NCBI GenBank assembly: GCA_964522405.1
Contig: CAZFTR010000002.1
Coordinates: 72,032 to 136,031, forward strand
Source of the DNA: an uncultured Gammaproteobacteria bacterium
GTDB lineage: Bacteria; Patescibacteriota; Patescibacteriia; Magasanikbacterales; UBA922
Length of the DNA stretch: 64,000 bases
Direction: 5' to 3'
Made by a program: the position numbers and the translations under genes. Positions within the stretch are counted from its first letter, which is position 1; each line of letters begins with the position of its first letter. Below are positions 1-11,309 of this stretch, in pieces. Under the pieces are notes generated by a model. The model made no database searches. It worked only from the letters and a program-made list of their open reading frames with translations, and was not told where the DNA came from.

Positions 1-1260
1 ATAGCTTTTTTAATTGATACTGAAACTCAAAATGAGCAAGAGTTAAAATCTAAAATAAATTATCTTAAAAATAAATTTTTACTTTCAACAGAAGATCTGG
101 TTCCGATTTGTGACAATGAAATGAGGATTTTAAGCATGTCTACCATAGAGGCGCTCTTACACGCAGAAGATCAAAGAAAAAATTTACTGGAACGATCAGA
201 AACAATCAATTCTGTAAAAGATGTTTGCATTATTGGTGGTGGGGGATACCTAGGTACGGTTTTAGCAGAAAAACTTTTAGCGCTGGGTTACAATGTAAAG
301 ATTTTTGATTGTTTTGTTTTTGGAAAAGAGGCAGTAGAAAAATTAAAAAAAGCAGTATTAGGAAAGGAAGAATTTGGTAAATTGGATATTTATGAAGGTG
401 ATATGAGAAGTACCTCTGATCTGGTAAATGTTCTAGAGGGAGCTGATGCCGCTGTACTACTCGGTGCCGTAGTTGGAGATCCGGCTTCAACAAAATACCC
501 AATATCAACTTTTGAAGTAAACTATCTTGCTGCTCAAACTATTGCAGAGATTTGCGCTTATCTAAATATAAATCGTTTTATTTTTGCTTCAACTTGTTCT
601 GTCTATGGTCATAGCGAAACAAATTCGGCGTTGGATGAAAGCGCAAAATTAAATCCGGTTTCTCACTATGCACGCACCAAGATAAATGCTGAAAAAGCAG
701 TATTAAGACTTGATTCTTCCAATTTTGCGCCAACAATTTTGCGTATGTCTACTCTCTATGGTCCGTCCTTTAGAATGAGATATGATCTAGTAGTTAATAC
801 TATGATGATGAGAGGAATAGCTAATAAGAAAATAACAGTTTTTGGAGGAAAACAATGGAGACCGCTCTTGTCAGTAGATGATGCTGCCGAAGCTTATGTT
901 TCAGTTATAAAAGCAGATATTGGTAAGGTCAAAAGACAGGTTTTCAATGTTGGTGATGAGAGAGAAAATTATCAAATAATTGATCTTGGAAAAATGATTG
1001 GAAAATTTCTCAAAGACAAGGGAAGAGAAATTGAAGTTGAAATAGTGGAGCATGATGTTGATGAAAGAGATTACAAGGTTTCATTTGAAAAGATTAAATC
1101 AGAGCTCGGTTATAGTGTGAAAGATTCTGTTGAAGACACCTTGGAAGAATTGTATCAGAGGGTAATGGATCAATTTGAAAAAGACCTGATTTCTGATGCT
1201 TCAAATTACAATGTTCAGAATGAATTTAAGACTGATGTCAGAGGGGGATTTTTAGAATAA
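1..1260 (+). CDS. NAD-dependent epimerase/dehydratase (extended SDR), probably 5'-truncated by the window edge
   Basis: GGGGYLG Rossmann motif, ASTCSVYG, YARTK; frame is open from base 1 to the ATG at 121. Confidence 0.85.
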   Translation: MAFLIDTETQNEQELKSKINYLKNKFLLSTEDLVPICDNEMRILSMSTIEALLHAEDQRKNLLERSETINSVKDVCIIGGGGYLGTVLAEKLLALGYNVKIFDCFVFGKEAVEKLKKAVLGKEEFGKLDIYEGDMRSTSDLVNVLEGADAAVLLGAVVGDPASTKYPISTFEVNYLAAQTIAEICAYLNINRFIFASTCSVYGHSETNSALDESAKLNPVSHYARTKINAEKAVLRLDSSNFAPTILRMSTLYGPSFRMRYDLVVNTMMMRGIANKKITVFGGKQWRPLLSVDDAAEAYVSVIKADIGKVKRQVFNVGDERENYQIIDLGKMIGKFLKDKGREIEVEIVEHDVDERDYKVSFEKIKSELGYSVKDSVEDTLEELYQRVMDQFEKDLISDASNYNVQNEFKTDVRGGFLE

Positions 1261-1266
1261 TTTTTT

Positions 1267-2196
1267 ATGGATTTCAAAAAAATAATGGTAACCGGAGGTT
1301 CAGGGTTTATAGGTTCGCATCTTGTTGATCTTTTGATTGAAAGGGGATATGAAGTTTATATTTATGATATTGCTGAGCCTCAGTATAAAAATGATTTTAC
1401 TTATATAAAAGGAGATATTCTCGACCTCGACGCTCTTATAAAAGCATCAAAAGAAATGGATGCTATTTATCACCTGGCAGCTGAGGCAAATGTTAATTAT
1501 TATCATCAGGCACCGAGAGAGTCAACTATTCTTAATACTATCGGCACCATAAATGTTCTAGAAGCAGCTCGAGAAAACAGTGTAAAAAGAGTTTTGTTTG
1601 CCTCAACAGAATGGGTTTACCAGGGATCAAAAGAATCAGTGGTAGATGAAGAAACTCAGTTATATCCAAATGCGCCAGATCATATCTATACTTCATCAAA
1701 AATTGCTTCAGAATTATATTTGGTAAATTATCAAAAACTCTATGATGTTAATTATACAATTATAAGATTTGGAATTCCTTTTGGAGAGAGAGCCAGACCA
1801 CAGACAGTTACTCCAATTTTTATTTTGAGAGCATTGAAAAATGAACAAATAACTGTTGATGGAGATGAGGGTAATTTTAGACAATTTATTTATATAGATG
1901 ATCTGGTGAGGGGTTGCGCTGATTGTCTTCAAGACTCAGGAAAAAATCAGATTATTAATATCAACGGATCACAGAAGATAAAAATAGTTGATATTATTGA
2001 AAATTTAGAAAAAATCATGGATAGGAAAATTGATTATAAAGTGGATACAGATAGAGCTGGAAACTACAAAGGAAGAATAGTCAAAAGTGAGAAAGCAAAA
2101 GAGCTTCTTGGCTGGTATCCTCAGTTTTCTTATGAAAAAGCTTTAAATAAATACTATAATTGGTATTTGGAAAATGTTTGGCAAAAGAATAATTAA
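1267..2196 (+). CDS. NAD-dependent epimerase/dehydratase (extended SDR)
   Basis: VTGGSGFIGSHL, YTSSK (YxxxK). Confidence 0.9.
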   Translation: MDFKKIMVTGGSGFIGSHLVDLLIERGYEVYIYDIAEPQYKNDFTYIKGDILDLDALIKASKEMDAIYHLAAEANVNYYHQAPRESTILNTIGTINVLEAARENSVKRVLFASTEWVYQGSKESVVDEETQLYPNAPDHIYTSSKIASELYLVNYQKLYDVNYTIIRFGIPFGERARPQTVTPIFILRALKNEQITVDGDEGNFRQFIYIDDLVRGCADCLQDSGKNQIININGSQKIKIVDIIENLEKIMDRKIDYKVDTDRAGNYKGRIVKSEKAKELLGWYPQFSYEKALNKYYNWYLENVWQKNN

Positions 2197-2211
2197 TTTT
2201 AGATTATAAAT

Positions 2212-3243
2212 ATGATAATTCCATTTGAAAAAGAATACAGAGATGAATATTACACTTTGCTTGATCAAGTATTTGATAGTAATTACCTGTCTCATGGAAG
2301 TATGAATGCCAAGTTTGAGCAAGTTTTTTCTGATTATACTGGTCTTAAATCAGTAACAATATCAAGTGGAGGTACAGGTCTTTTGGCGCTTCTAAACTAT
2401 GTTGATGTAAAAGGAAAAGATGTGATTGTTCCTACAAACACTTTTATTGCCACACCAAATTCAGTTAAGCTGGCTGGGGGAAATGTTGTTTTTGCTGATT
2501 GTAAACGCGAAGACTTATGTATTGGTGTTGAAGAGATCAAAAAAGCCTTAACTCCAAATACAAAAGCAGTGATAGTTGTTCATATTGGCGGACATTTATC
2601 ATTTGATATATTTGAAATAGAAAAATTTTGTAAGGAAAATGATCTTTATCTGATCGAGGATTGCGCTCATGCGCATGGCGCCACTTACAAGGGTAGAGTT
2701 GCCGGTAGTTTTGGAGTGGGTGGATCTTATAGTTTTTACGCAACTAAAACCATGCCTATGGGAGAGGGTGGTATGATTGTGAGTCAGAATCAAGAGGTGA
2801 TTGATTTTGTAAATTTATATAAAAATTATGGAAAAACCGCTGATCAGACAGGAAAATTAATTTATCCGGTTGAAGGATTTAATTTTCGCATGAGTGAAAT
2901 AATGGCAGCATTTGGAATTGTGCAAATGGAAAGGCTCCCAAAAATGATTGAGTGGAAAAGAAAATTAGCCAAAAAATATGATCAATTATTTGATCAAACA
3001 AAACGCATGGTTATGCCCGAAGGTATGAATTCTGGATATTATAAATATATTGTTTTTGATCATGATCTCAAAGAAGTAACAGGTGCTGTGTTTGATGATC
3101 TTTGTCATGATATTATGAAAGTTCCCGGGGATTTTCCAAATTCTGAATGGATTAAAACTCATCATTTTTGTCCACCAATATATTTTGGTTGGGAACACTC
3201 ACAAGAAGATATTGAAACACTTAGAAAAATATTATTAGCTTAG
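2212..3243 (+). CDS. DegT/DnrJ/EryC1/StrS PLP-dependent sugar aminotransferase
   Basis: IEDCAHAHG, SFYATK (PLP lysine), GEGG, GFNFRM. Confidence 0.9.
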   Translation: MIIPFEKEYRDEYYTLLDQVFDSNYLSHGSMNAKFEQVFSDYTGLKSVTISSGGTGLLALLNYVDVKGKDVIVPTNTFIATPNSVKLAGGNVVFADCKREDLCIGVEEIKKALTPNTKAVIVVHIGGHLSFDIFEIEKFCKENDLYLIEDCAHAHGATYKGRVAGSFGVGGSYSFYATKTMPMGEGGMIVSQNQEVIDFVNLYKNYGKTADQTGKLIYPVEGFNFRMSEIMAAFGIVQMERLPKMIEWKRKLAKKYDQLFDQTKRMVMPEGMNSGYYKYIVFDHDLKEVTGAVFDDLCHDIMKVPGDFPNSEWIKTHHFCPPIYFGWEHSQEDIETLRKILLA

Positions 3244-3247
3244 TTTT

Positions 3248-4045
3248 ATGATCAAAAAGATTTTGAAAAAAACTTTTGGAAAATTGGGATATGATCTCAC
3301 TTCAAAAAAAGTCCAAGAAAGAAAATCTATCAAAGGAGCTCTCAAGCAAATAGCTAAATTTTGGAGTCCAGATACTGTTATTGATGTTGGAGCTGCTTTT
3401 GGTAAGTGGAGCCTAGAAGCTAATAAGGTTTTTGAAAACTCAGATTATATTTTGCTTGAGCCAGTAGAAGAATATCAAAAAGTTTTAAAAGACTTGGAAA
3501 ATCAAAACAAGAGATTTAAATATCTAAAACTTGGCGCAAACTCAAAGCAAGGTGAATTTGAGTTTAATCTGCATGATGACTTGGTTGGTTCTTCTCTAAA
3601 AAAAGAGGTAGAAGGTGGAGATGTTGATGGAAAGTCAATAAAAATTAACTGTGACACTTTAGATAATATTTGCAAAGATCGCTTAGATAAAACTTTTTTA
3701 TTAAAATTGGATGTGCAGGGAGCAGAACTGGATGTGCTTGCAGGAGCTGAGCAAGTTCTTAGGCAAACAGAATGTTTAGTAATGGAAGTTTCACTTTTTA
3801 AATCATTTGAAGATGGTATTGATTTCTATGATGTGGTTAAATATATGAAAGAAAGAGATTTTGTTTTGTATGACATTTTTTCTTTTTTATACAGACCATA
3901 CGATGATGCGCTTTGCCAGGTGGATGCGATTTTTGTAAAAGAAAATGGTACTTTTAGAAAATTTCATGGATATGCAACAGAAGAGCAGCGCAAAGTACAA
4001 AATCAAAAATTTCTAGAAAAAAATTCTAATATTTTAAATAAGTAA
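3248..4045 (+). CDS. FkbM family methyltransferase
   Basis: VIDVGAAFG, LLKLDVQGAELDVL. Confidence 0.88.
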   Translation: MIKKILKKTFGKLGYDLTSKKVQERKSIKGALKQIAKFWSPDTVIDVGAAFGKWSLEANKVFENSDYILLEPVEEYQKVLKDLENQNKRFKYLKLGANSKQGEFEFNLHDDLVGSSLKKEVEGGDVDGKSIKINCDTLDNICKDRLDKTFLLKLDVQGAELDVLAGAEQVLRQTECLVMEVSLFKSFEDGIDFYDVVKYMKERDFVLYDIFSFLYRPYDDALCQVDAIFVKENGTFRKFHGYATEEQRKVQNQKFLEKNSNILNK

Positions 4046-4049
4046 AATT

Positions 4050-5363
4050 ATGAGTAGAAAAGTATCAATAATCGGACTTGGCAAGCTGGGGAGCTGTATG
4101 GCAGCAGCTTATGCCAGCAAAGGTCATGAGATTATTGGAGTAGATATAAATAGTGATTTTGTTGATAAGGTCAATAAGGGACAGGCTCCGGTAAAAGAAA
4201 AAGATCTTGATAAATATATTTCAGAAAACAGCTCAAAGATTGAGGCAACTCAGGATTTTGAATATGCAATTACAAATACTGATATAACTTTTATCATTGT
4301 TCCCACACCAACAGATAAGTCAGGTGGTTTTTCAGTTGAATATGTAGAAAAAGCATGTGAAGATATTGGAAAAGCTTTATCAAAAAAAGATAGTTATCAT
4401 CTGGTGATTTTGACCAGTACGGTTTTGCCAACTGATTCAGAAGAAAAGATAATTCCAATTTTAGAAAAGTTTTCAGGAAAAAAATGCGGAGTTGATTTTG
4501 GATATTGTTATAGCCCTGAATTTATTGCCATTGGAACTGTTCTTCGAGATTTATTAAATCCTGATTTTTTTCTGGTGGGTGAGTTTGACCAAAAGTCTGG
4601 GGATTTGCTGGAAAAATTTTACAGTACAGTTTCAGATAATGGATCTTCTTGTCGGAGAATGAATATAGCAAGTGCTGAGCTTACTAAAATTAGTGTAAAT
4701 TCTTTTCTGACCATGAAAATTACTTATGCAAATATGCTTGCTGAAATTGCTGAAAATATTCCCGGAGTAGATGTTGATGATGTTACCGGAGCTATTGGAA
4801 GTGATATTAGAATTGGAAAGCATTATCTCAAAGGTGGTTTAGGTTTTGGTGGTCCATGTTTTCCAAGAGATAATAGGGCTTTTGCATATATGGCAGAGAA
4901 CAGAGGTATAAAAGTTCCTTATGCAGCCAAAACAGATGAATACAACAAACATATAATCCAAAGAAGTGTTGAGCTTGTAAAAAATTCTGCAGAAAAAGAT
5001 TTAAAAATAGGAATTCTAGGAATGAGCTATAAAACCGGAACCAGTTTTTCAGAGGAATCTCAATCACTGCTAATTGCCAAACAATTATCTTCAGATGGTT
5101 ACACTGTCAATGTTTTTGAGCCATTTGGAAATGATCATGCAGAGTATCTTTTGGGTGATTTGGTTAATTATTCAGAAAGTATTGAAGATTGTTTAAATAA
5201 TTCAGATTTGCTTTTTGTGGCTGCGCTTGATAGTAGTTATTCAGATTTGCCTGAATTATTAAAGAATTCAAATATTAAAATATTGATAGATCCTTGGAGG
5301 CAGTTCACTGAATTACAGAATGAGGAGAATATCAAATATATACCTTTTGGACTCAGCTTATGA
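4050..5363 (+). CDS. UDP-glucose/GDP-mannose dehydrogenase family protein
   Basis: IIGLGKLG, VPTP, STV, YSPEF, GFGGPCFPRD. Confidence 0.92.
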   Translation: MSRKVSIIGLGKLGSCMAAAYASKGHEIIGVDINSDFVDKVNKGQAPVKEKDLDKYISENSSKIEATQDFEYAITNTDITFIIVPTPTDKSGGFSVEYVEKACEDIGKALSKKDSYHLVILTSTVLPTDSEEKIIPILEKFSGKKCGVDFGYCYSPEFIAIGTVLRDLLNPDFFLVGEFDQKSGDLLEKFYSTVSDNGSSCRRMNIASAELTKISVNSFLTMKITYANMLAEIAENIPGVDVDDVTGAIGSDIRIGKHYLKGGLGFGGPCFPRDNRAFAYMAENRGIKVPYAAKTDEYNKHIIQRSVELVKNSAEKDLKIGILGMSYKTGTSFSEESQSLLIAKQLSSDGYTVNVFEPFGNDHAEYLLGDLVNYSESIEDCLNNSDLLFVAALDSSYSDLPELLKNSNIKILIDPWRQFTELQNEENIKYIPFGLSL

Positions 5364-6250
5364 AATACCCAAAAATATCCTTTGTAACAGTTTGCTATAA
5401 TCATGCAGATTATATTGCTGAAACAATTGAATCAGTATTAAACCAAAATTATCCAAATCTGGAATATATTGTTATTGATGACGGAAGTACTGATAACAGT
5501 TGGGAAATAATTCAGAAATACAAAGACAAATTAACTTATTGTCAGAAAATGGAAGGATATAGAGATACTCCCACGGTCGCTATCAATTATGCCTTTTCAA
5601 AAACTAGTGGAGAGATAATGGGCTGGCTAAATAGTGATGATATTTTACTTCCCAATTGTTTGTCGAGTGTACAAAAAGTCTTTGCAGATAATCCGGATAT
5701 AAATTGGATTACAGGAATGGCAAGCACTATAAATTCTAATTCATTACTGGTAAATTCAAAATTGCGTTTTAAAAATAGATACGATTATCTGATTGGGGAT
5801 TGGGCTGTGATACAACAAGAATCAACTTTTTGGCGTAGAGATTTATGGGAAAAGGCTGGATCAAAACTGGAAGGAAAATACAAATGGGCCTTTGATACAG
5901 AATTATGGACTAGATTTTTTATGCTTGATGAACATGTTCATGTCAGTGCTCCACTTGGTGCTTTTAGAAAAGGAATGCAAAGCAAAAGTGTGAGTGATCA
6001 AAAATCATTTACAGCTCCAACTGAAAAATATCTAAAAGAAATGAAACAAAAGATCGGTTTTTTATTAAAGTTAGATGTTGGGGTTTATTTTATTTGTAAA
6101 AAAATACTTTGGCCATTGTTTTATATCTTACCACATAGAGTGATTAAATATCTTCCATTTATAAAAAGATATGCTTATACCTTGCTGGAATATTCCTTTA
6201 AAGATGATAAATGGATTAAAAAAACAATAAACCCATTTCGAAGTAGATAA
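5360..6250 (+). CDS. Glycosyltransferase family 2
   Basis: VIDDGSTD, WLNSDD. Confidence 0.9.
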   Translation: MKYPKISFVTVCYNHADYIAETIESVLNQNYPNLEYIVIDDGSTDNSWEIIQKYKDKLTYCQKMEGYRDTPTVAINYAFSKTSGEIMGWLNSDDILLPNCLSSVQKVFADNPDINWITGMASTINSNSLLVNSKLRFKNRYDYLIGDWAVIQQESTFWRRDLWEKAGSKLEGKYKWAFDTELWTRFFMLDEHVHVSAPLGAFRKGMQSKSVSDQKSFTAPTEKYLKEMKQKIGFLLKLDVGVYFICKKILWPLFYILPHRVIKYLPFIKRYAYTLLEYSFKDDKWIKKTINPFRSR

Positions 6251-6253
6251 GAT

Positions 6254-7090
6254 ATGAAGCCCTTAATTTCAGTAATAATTCCCTGTTATAATTCAGCTCA
6301 ATATGTAACCCATGCTATTGATGCTATTCTTTGTCAAACTTATCCTAACATTGAAATTATTTTAGTGGATGATAATAGTACAGATAATTTACAAGAAGTG
6401 GTGGAGTCTTATATAAAGACAGGAAAAATAATATATAAGAAAAATGAATTTGATGATCCGCTTAGGTACAATAAAGCTGGAAAAAATATCAATGCTGGAT
6501 TTTCAGCTAGAAATTTTGGAGTAAGTATTGCCAAGGGTGAGTTGATCACTTTTCAAGATGCAGATGATGGATCCTGTTCCAATAGGTTAGAAGTTCAGTA
6601 CCATATAATGCAAAAATACAATTCCCATCATGTAAATGTTGATTGGCAGGAATATCAAGATAAATTGAATTGTAAAAAATTAGATTATGAGATTCAAGAA
6701 ACTGATATTATTAGCTCAAAAGAAATTTTAAAGTTTTATTATAAATCAAGAAAAGGTTTGTTTAAAAAACCTTTTGGAAAAAATGAAGATCAAAATCCTA
6801 TAGAAAAATTCATCAGGAGAGTTGACAGAAAGTTTTTTCGAGATTGGCCTTCTTATCCCACCGCAGCAAGTATGCCTCTTCTTAAAAAGGAAGTATTTGA
6901 AAAATGTAATTTTAGACAGTTGTACGACAGAACCATGCCTTCTTGGCGGGGTAGAGGAACTGATTGTGATTTTAATTTTTGGGTGGCGGCTACATTTAAA
7001 AACAGTATTGCCGTAAAAATACCCCTCATACTCTGGAGAGCCGGTGCTCAGAATCCCGAGTATATTGATAATAAATATAAACCATTATAA
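6254..7090 (+). CDS. Glycosyltransferase family 2
   Basis: SVIIPCYN, VDDNSTD, ARNFG, FQDADD. Confidence 0.9.
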   Translation: MKPLISVIIPCYNSAQYVTHAIDAILCQTYPNIEIILVDDNSTDNLQEVVESYIKTGKIIYKKNEFDDPLRYNKAGKNINAGFSARNFGVSIAKGELITFQDADDGSCSNRLEVQYHIMQKYNSHHVNVDWQEYQDKLNCKKLDYEIQETDIISSKEILKFYYKSRKGLFKKPFGKNEDQNPIEKFIRRVDRKFFRDWPSYPTAASMPLLKKEVFEKCNFRQLYDRTMPSWRGRGTDCDFNFWVAATFKNSIAVKIPLILWRAGAQNPEYIDNKYKPL

Positions 7091-7094
7091 GCAT

Positions 7095-8822
7095 ATGTGT
7101 GGAATAATGGGGATATTTGGAGAAAGAGTTTACACAGACAAAATTTTTTTTTCAGAAATAGCAAAAAATTTGAACAGACGAGGTCCGGATGCTGAAGGTT
7201 TTTTTTATTCAGATAATTGTTATCTTGGACATAAGAGATTGAGTATTATTGATTTGAAATCAGGAGCCCAACCTATGCATTCAGAAAATAATAGATATGT
7301 AATTAGTTTCAACGGGGAAATTTACAATTTTAAAAAATTAAAAAAAGAATTGGATAATTACAAGTTTACTACTAATTCTGATACTGAAGTTTTACTTGCG
7401 TCATATAAGCAATTTGGTGAAAAGATGTTAGATAAGATCGAAGGAATGTATGCTTTTGCAATATATGATAAAAAAGAAAACTCTATTTTTCTGGCGCGGG
7501 ATCCACTGGGAATTAAACCTTTGGTTTACGCAAATATAGATGGAAAATTTGTCTTTGCCTCAGAAATAAAAGCTCTTTTGCCTTTTTTTCGGCAAAAATT
7601 AAATATAGATGAACAGGCTGTTTTTGATTTTTTTTGTCTGAAATATATTCCTGCGCCAAGAACAATTTACCGGGAGATAAAAAAACTTTCAGCAGGCTCA
7701 TATATAAAACTGAATTTAAATAGTGTAGATAAGATTAGCCAAATTAAATATTGGCAACCTGAATATAGTAGTGAGCATTTAGAAAATGTAAATATAGATA
7801 AACTAAGAGAGATGTTTTTAAAGACAGTTGAGGATCATTTAATCTCAGACGTGGAAATAGGCGCTTTTTTAAGTGGTGGGATTGATTCCACATCCATAGT
7901 TTGGGCTATGAAAGAGCTGGGAATTGAGCCAAATACATTTACAGTAGGTTTTTCTCAATTTACTAATGATAAGGATATTGAGTATTCGAAGTTGGTAGCA
8001 AAGCATTTTGGAACTAATCACCGGGAACTTAGTATTGGTACAAGTGAATATGTAACTGATGCTCGAGAGATGGTGGAATACTTTGATGAGCCATTTGCAG
8101 ATCCGGCTAGCATTTCAAATTGGTATGTTGCTAAAGCTACGTCAGAACATGTAAAGGTGGTTTTATCTGGTGACGGGGGAGATGAGTTATTTTTCGGATA
8201 TAATATATATAGTAAATTTTACAAAAAAAATATTATTAGCAGGCTTTTAAATCGAAATATAAATATCTTAGAAAATTATTTTGGATTTGATATGGATTCT
8301 AATCAAGAATTGTTAAACAGTGAAATTAAACTTCATTCTTTGTCAGATAAGATCGGCAACAAGGATAAGGCGTTAGAGATGAGAAATTTTGATTTAAAAT
8401 ATACTTTACCGGAATATTATTTGCGTAAAACTGATGCCAGTAGCATGACTAATTCACTGGAAGTGAGGGTACCATTTTGTTATCGGCCATTTGTTGAAAA
8501 AGTCTTAAGAATTTCTTATCAGGATCATTTTGCCCATAATAAGGGCAAGGCAATTTTACGGAAAATGCTAGATGGGAAAATTCCTAAAGAAATAATTAAC
8601 AGAAAAAAACAGGGTTTTTCTCGACCTGTGCATCTTTTATTTAATGCTCAAAATCAAAAATTTTTAAAGCAGGTTCTGACTGGTTCAGGTTTATTTAATA
8701 CATCCATACTTGATTTGATTTTAGATTATAATAGAAAACAAAAAAAGCTTCATCCACTTTCTTGGCGATTATTAGTTTTTGCCTTTTGGTTTGATAAAAA
8801 TAAAAAAATAATAAATGTATGA
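7095..8822 (+). CDS. asnB: Asparagine synthase (glutamine-hydrolysing)-like amidotransferase, likely glycan amidation
   Basis: Ntn start MCGIMG at 7095, RGPD, FNGEIYN, LSGGIDS, SGDGGDE. Confidence 0.9.
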   Translation: MCGIMGIFGERVYTDKIFFSEIAKNLNRRGPDAEGFFYSDNCYLGHKRLSIIDLKSGAQPMHSENNRYVISFNGEIYNFKKLKKELDNYKFTTNSDTEVLLASYKQFGEKMLDKIEGMYAFAIYDKKENSIFLARDPLGIKPLVYANIDGKFVFASEIKALLPFFRQKLNIDEQAVFDFFCLKYIPAPRTIYREIKKLSAGSYIKLNLNSVDKISQIKYWQPEYSSEHLENVNIDKLREMFLKTVEDHLISDVEIGAFLSGGIDSTSIVWAMKELGIEPNTFTVGFSQFTNDKDIEYSKLVAKHFGTNHRELSIGTSEYVTDAREMVEYFDEPFADPASISNWYVAKATSEHVKVVLSGDGGDELFFGYNIYSKFYKKNIISRLLNRNINILENYFGFDMDSNQELLNSEIKLHSLSDKIGNKDKALEMRNFDLKYTLPEYYLRKTDASSMTNSLEVRVPFCYRPFVEKVLRISYQDHFAHNKGKAILRKMLDGKIPKEIINRKKQGFSRPVHLLFNAQNQKFLKQVLTGSGLFNTSILDLILDYNRKQKKLHPLSWRLLVFAFWFDKNKKIINV

Positions 8823-9904
8823 AGAATAAAATTTTATTTATTTACCGTTATGGCGATTTAGATAGCCGTATAAACCCGGATGGATCAATAAAACCACCTG
8901 GAGAGTTTTTTTGGGGTATGAAAGATCTAGATAGAGATAAGTTTGAAATATCTTTTATAAATGCGCCAAGACTTCAAAAAAGAGTTGGTATAAGGCGTTT
9001 GACTTGGTTTATTGAGTTTCCATTTGCCAAATTAACCAGAATTGGATTGCCAATTGAAATTTATCATCTTTTTAAAAAGGAAATTAAAGAGGCTGATCAA
9101 ATAGTATGTGTAAATGATCAAATAAGTTTGGGAGTTTTATCTGCAAGGCTTTTTGGGAAAATGAAGGACAAAAAGATTCACTGTATAGTTATGAGTTTGC
9201 AAGAGAGAATAAAATATTTTAGATTTATTCGTCCACTGGTCTGGTTTGTTTCTCTGCTTTTGCGACAGGCAGATACAATTTTATGTTTAACAGATTTTGT
9301 AAAATCAGATTTCAAAAAAGATTATAATCTAAAGAATACCAAATTGGAAACTTATCATTTTGGTATTGATAGTGATTTTTGGAAACCGGATGAGAATATC
9401 AAAACAGAAAATTTCATTTTATCAATTGGAAATGATATGAATCGAGATTATCAAACTTTGGTTAAGGCTCTGCCGGAACATATCAAATTAAAGATTATTA
9501 CCAGAAAAAAGATCGATACCAAAGGTAAGAATATTGAACTTTTATCAGGAATAAGTGATCAAGAGCTTAGAAATGTTTACAATCAGGCCTTATTTGTGAT
9601 TGTGCCCAGCATTAAGCTTAAAAATGAATCATCAGGCTTATCTTGTGCCTTACAAACTATGGCTTGCAAAAAAGCACTGATAATTTCAGATGCAGAAGCT
9701 CTAAAAGAACAATTTCAAGATCAAAAAGATTGTTTATTTTATCAAGCCCAAGATCCTCAAGATTTAGCCAAAAAAATTAGTTTTCTACTTGAAAATACTT
9801 CAAAAAGACAAGAATTTGCTGAAAATGGACATAAGTTGGCAACTCAAAAATATACTTGCAAAAATATGAGTAAAAGGTTAAACTATATCCTTAGTAACTA
9901 TTAA
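8819..9904 (+). CDS. Glycosyltransferase family 4
   Basis: GT-B C-terminal signature (SGLSCALQTMACKK), NRDY. Confidence 0.8.
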   Translation: MKNKILFIYRYGDLDSRINPDGSIKPPGEFFWGMKDLDRDKFEISFINAPRLQKRVGIRRLTWFIEFPFAKLTRIGLPIEIYHLFKKEIKEADQIVCVNDQISLGVLSARLFGKMKDKKIHCIVMSLQERIKYFRFIRPLVWFVSLLLRQADTILCLTDFVKSDFKKDYNLKNTKLETYHFGIDSDFWKPDENIKTENFILSIGNDMNRDYQTLVKALPEHIKLKIITRKKIDTKGKNIELLSGISDQELRNVYNQALFVIVPSIKLKNESSGLSCALQTMACKKALIISDAEALKEQFQDQKDCLFYQAQDPQDLAKKISFLLENTSKRQEFAENGHKLATQKYTCKNMSKRLNYILSNY

Positions 9905-9913
9905 GAAAGCATT

Positions 9914-11302
9914 ATGAATATACTATATATTGGAGCTGGATTTGTCGGTGCTTGTTCAGCAGCTGTTAGTGGAAATAGCGGACATAACACCTTAGTTTTT
10001 GATATAAATGAAGAGAGAATCAAGATGTTAAACTCTGGAGATAGAGATACTATTGAAGCTTGTCTTTTTGAAAAGGGATTAGGAGATCTACTAGTTCGAC
10101 ATAGCGGACTTATTAATTTTACTACAGATTACTCAAAAGTTGAGTCATTTCTTGAGAAGGCTGATGCGGTTTTTATGTGTTTACCAACCCCGGAAATTGA
10201 TGGGACTGGAGAGAGTGATCTCAAATATTATAATATTGCAGCAGAAAAATTGGCAGAAGCAATGAAAAAGAGAAACAACGGCACCCAAGATAAATATATA
10301 GTAATTGTTAACAAGAGTACAGTTCCGATAAATATGATGGATCAAACTAAGAATATTTTTGATGCGGCTGGAGTGAAGAATTATGGAGTTGTTTCAAATC
10401 CTGAGTTTTTGGTCGAGGGAAAAGCTGTACAAGGTGCCATGAAGCCGGATCGAGTTGTGGTAGGAGCAAATGAAGAAAAAGAATTCGAAGTAATGAGAAA
10501 TATCTACCAGAGATTTTATGAAGCTCCTGATGTTTCATTTTTGGAAGTTAATCCCAAAGAAGCTGCCGCAGGAAAACTTTTATCAAATTTTTATCTTTTT
10601 CATAAACTAATGGCATGTTTTGATGTTATAGGTAGAACTTGTGAAACTTTTGAAGATTTGCGTTTTGAAAAAGTTAGAAAAATAATTATGAGCGATAAGA
10701 GAATTGGTGGTTGGGGATTTTATAATAGTTTATATGCTGGTGGAAGTTGTCTTATCAAGGATGCTCGATCACTTTCTCATCAATTGCAATTGCATGGTAA
10801 GAGCGCAGCTCTGGTGGACGAAGTGTATTTTGCCAACAAAAGACAGCTTGAGATGTTTTTGGGAAGAGCTAAGAGCGAAGCAGATTTTGATTGGCAAGGA
10901 AAGAAAGTTGCTTTGATTGGTGGAGCTTTTAAGCGCGATACCAATGATATTAGAAACGCGCCATCAATAGATATCATTAATTTTCTAAAAGAACAGCAAG
11001 TTTCAAAAATTAGTATAAATGATCCTGCTGCCATGGATAACCTCAAAAAAGTTCATCCTGAATCAGAAACTATTGAGTATGTTTCTCATGAATTTGACAC
11101 AACAAAGGATGCAGATGTTATAATACTGGCAACTGATTGGCCGCAATTTAGAGGTTTGGCTGATTCAATAGTAGAAGAGCTTACCAAAAGACCTCTGATT
11201 ATGGATGGAAGAAGAATGCTCCAGCACAGATATGCAGATTTACAGCGTGCTGGATTTGATATAATTTCAGTCGGAAGTCCTTTTATAAAAGGAAAAAAAT
11301 AA
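9914..11302 (+). CDS. ugd: UDP-glucose 6-dehydrogenase family protein
   Basis: IGAGFVG, LPTP, NKSTVP, SNPEFL, GGSCLIKD, FKRDTNDIR. Confidence 0.88.
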   Translation: MNILYIGAGFVGACSAAVSGNSGHNTLVFDINEERIKMLNSGDRDTIEACLFEKGLGDLLVRHSGLINFTTDYSKVESFLEKADAVFMCLPTPEIDGTGESDLKYYNIAAEKLAEAMKKRNNGTQDKYIVIVNKSTVPINMMDQTKNIFDAAGVKNYGVVSNPEFLVEGKAVQGAMKPDRVVVGANEEKEFEVMRNIYQRFYEAPDVSFLEVNPKEAAAGKLLSNFYLFHKLMACFDVIGRTCETFEDLRFEKVRKIIMSDKRIGGWGFYNSLYAGGSCLIKDARSLSHQLQLHGKSAALVDEVYFANKRQLEMFLGRAKSEADFDWQGKKVALIGGAFKRDTNDIRNAPSIDIINFLKEQQVSKISINDPAAMDNLKKVHPESETIEYVSHEFDTTKDADVIILATDWPQFRGLADSIVEELTKRPLIMDGRRMLQHRYADLQRAGFDIISVGSPFIKGKK

Positions 11303-11309
11303 TTTTTCT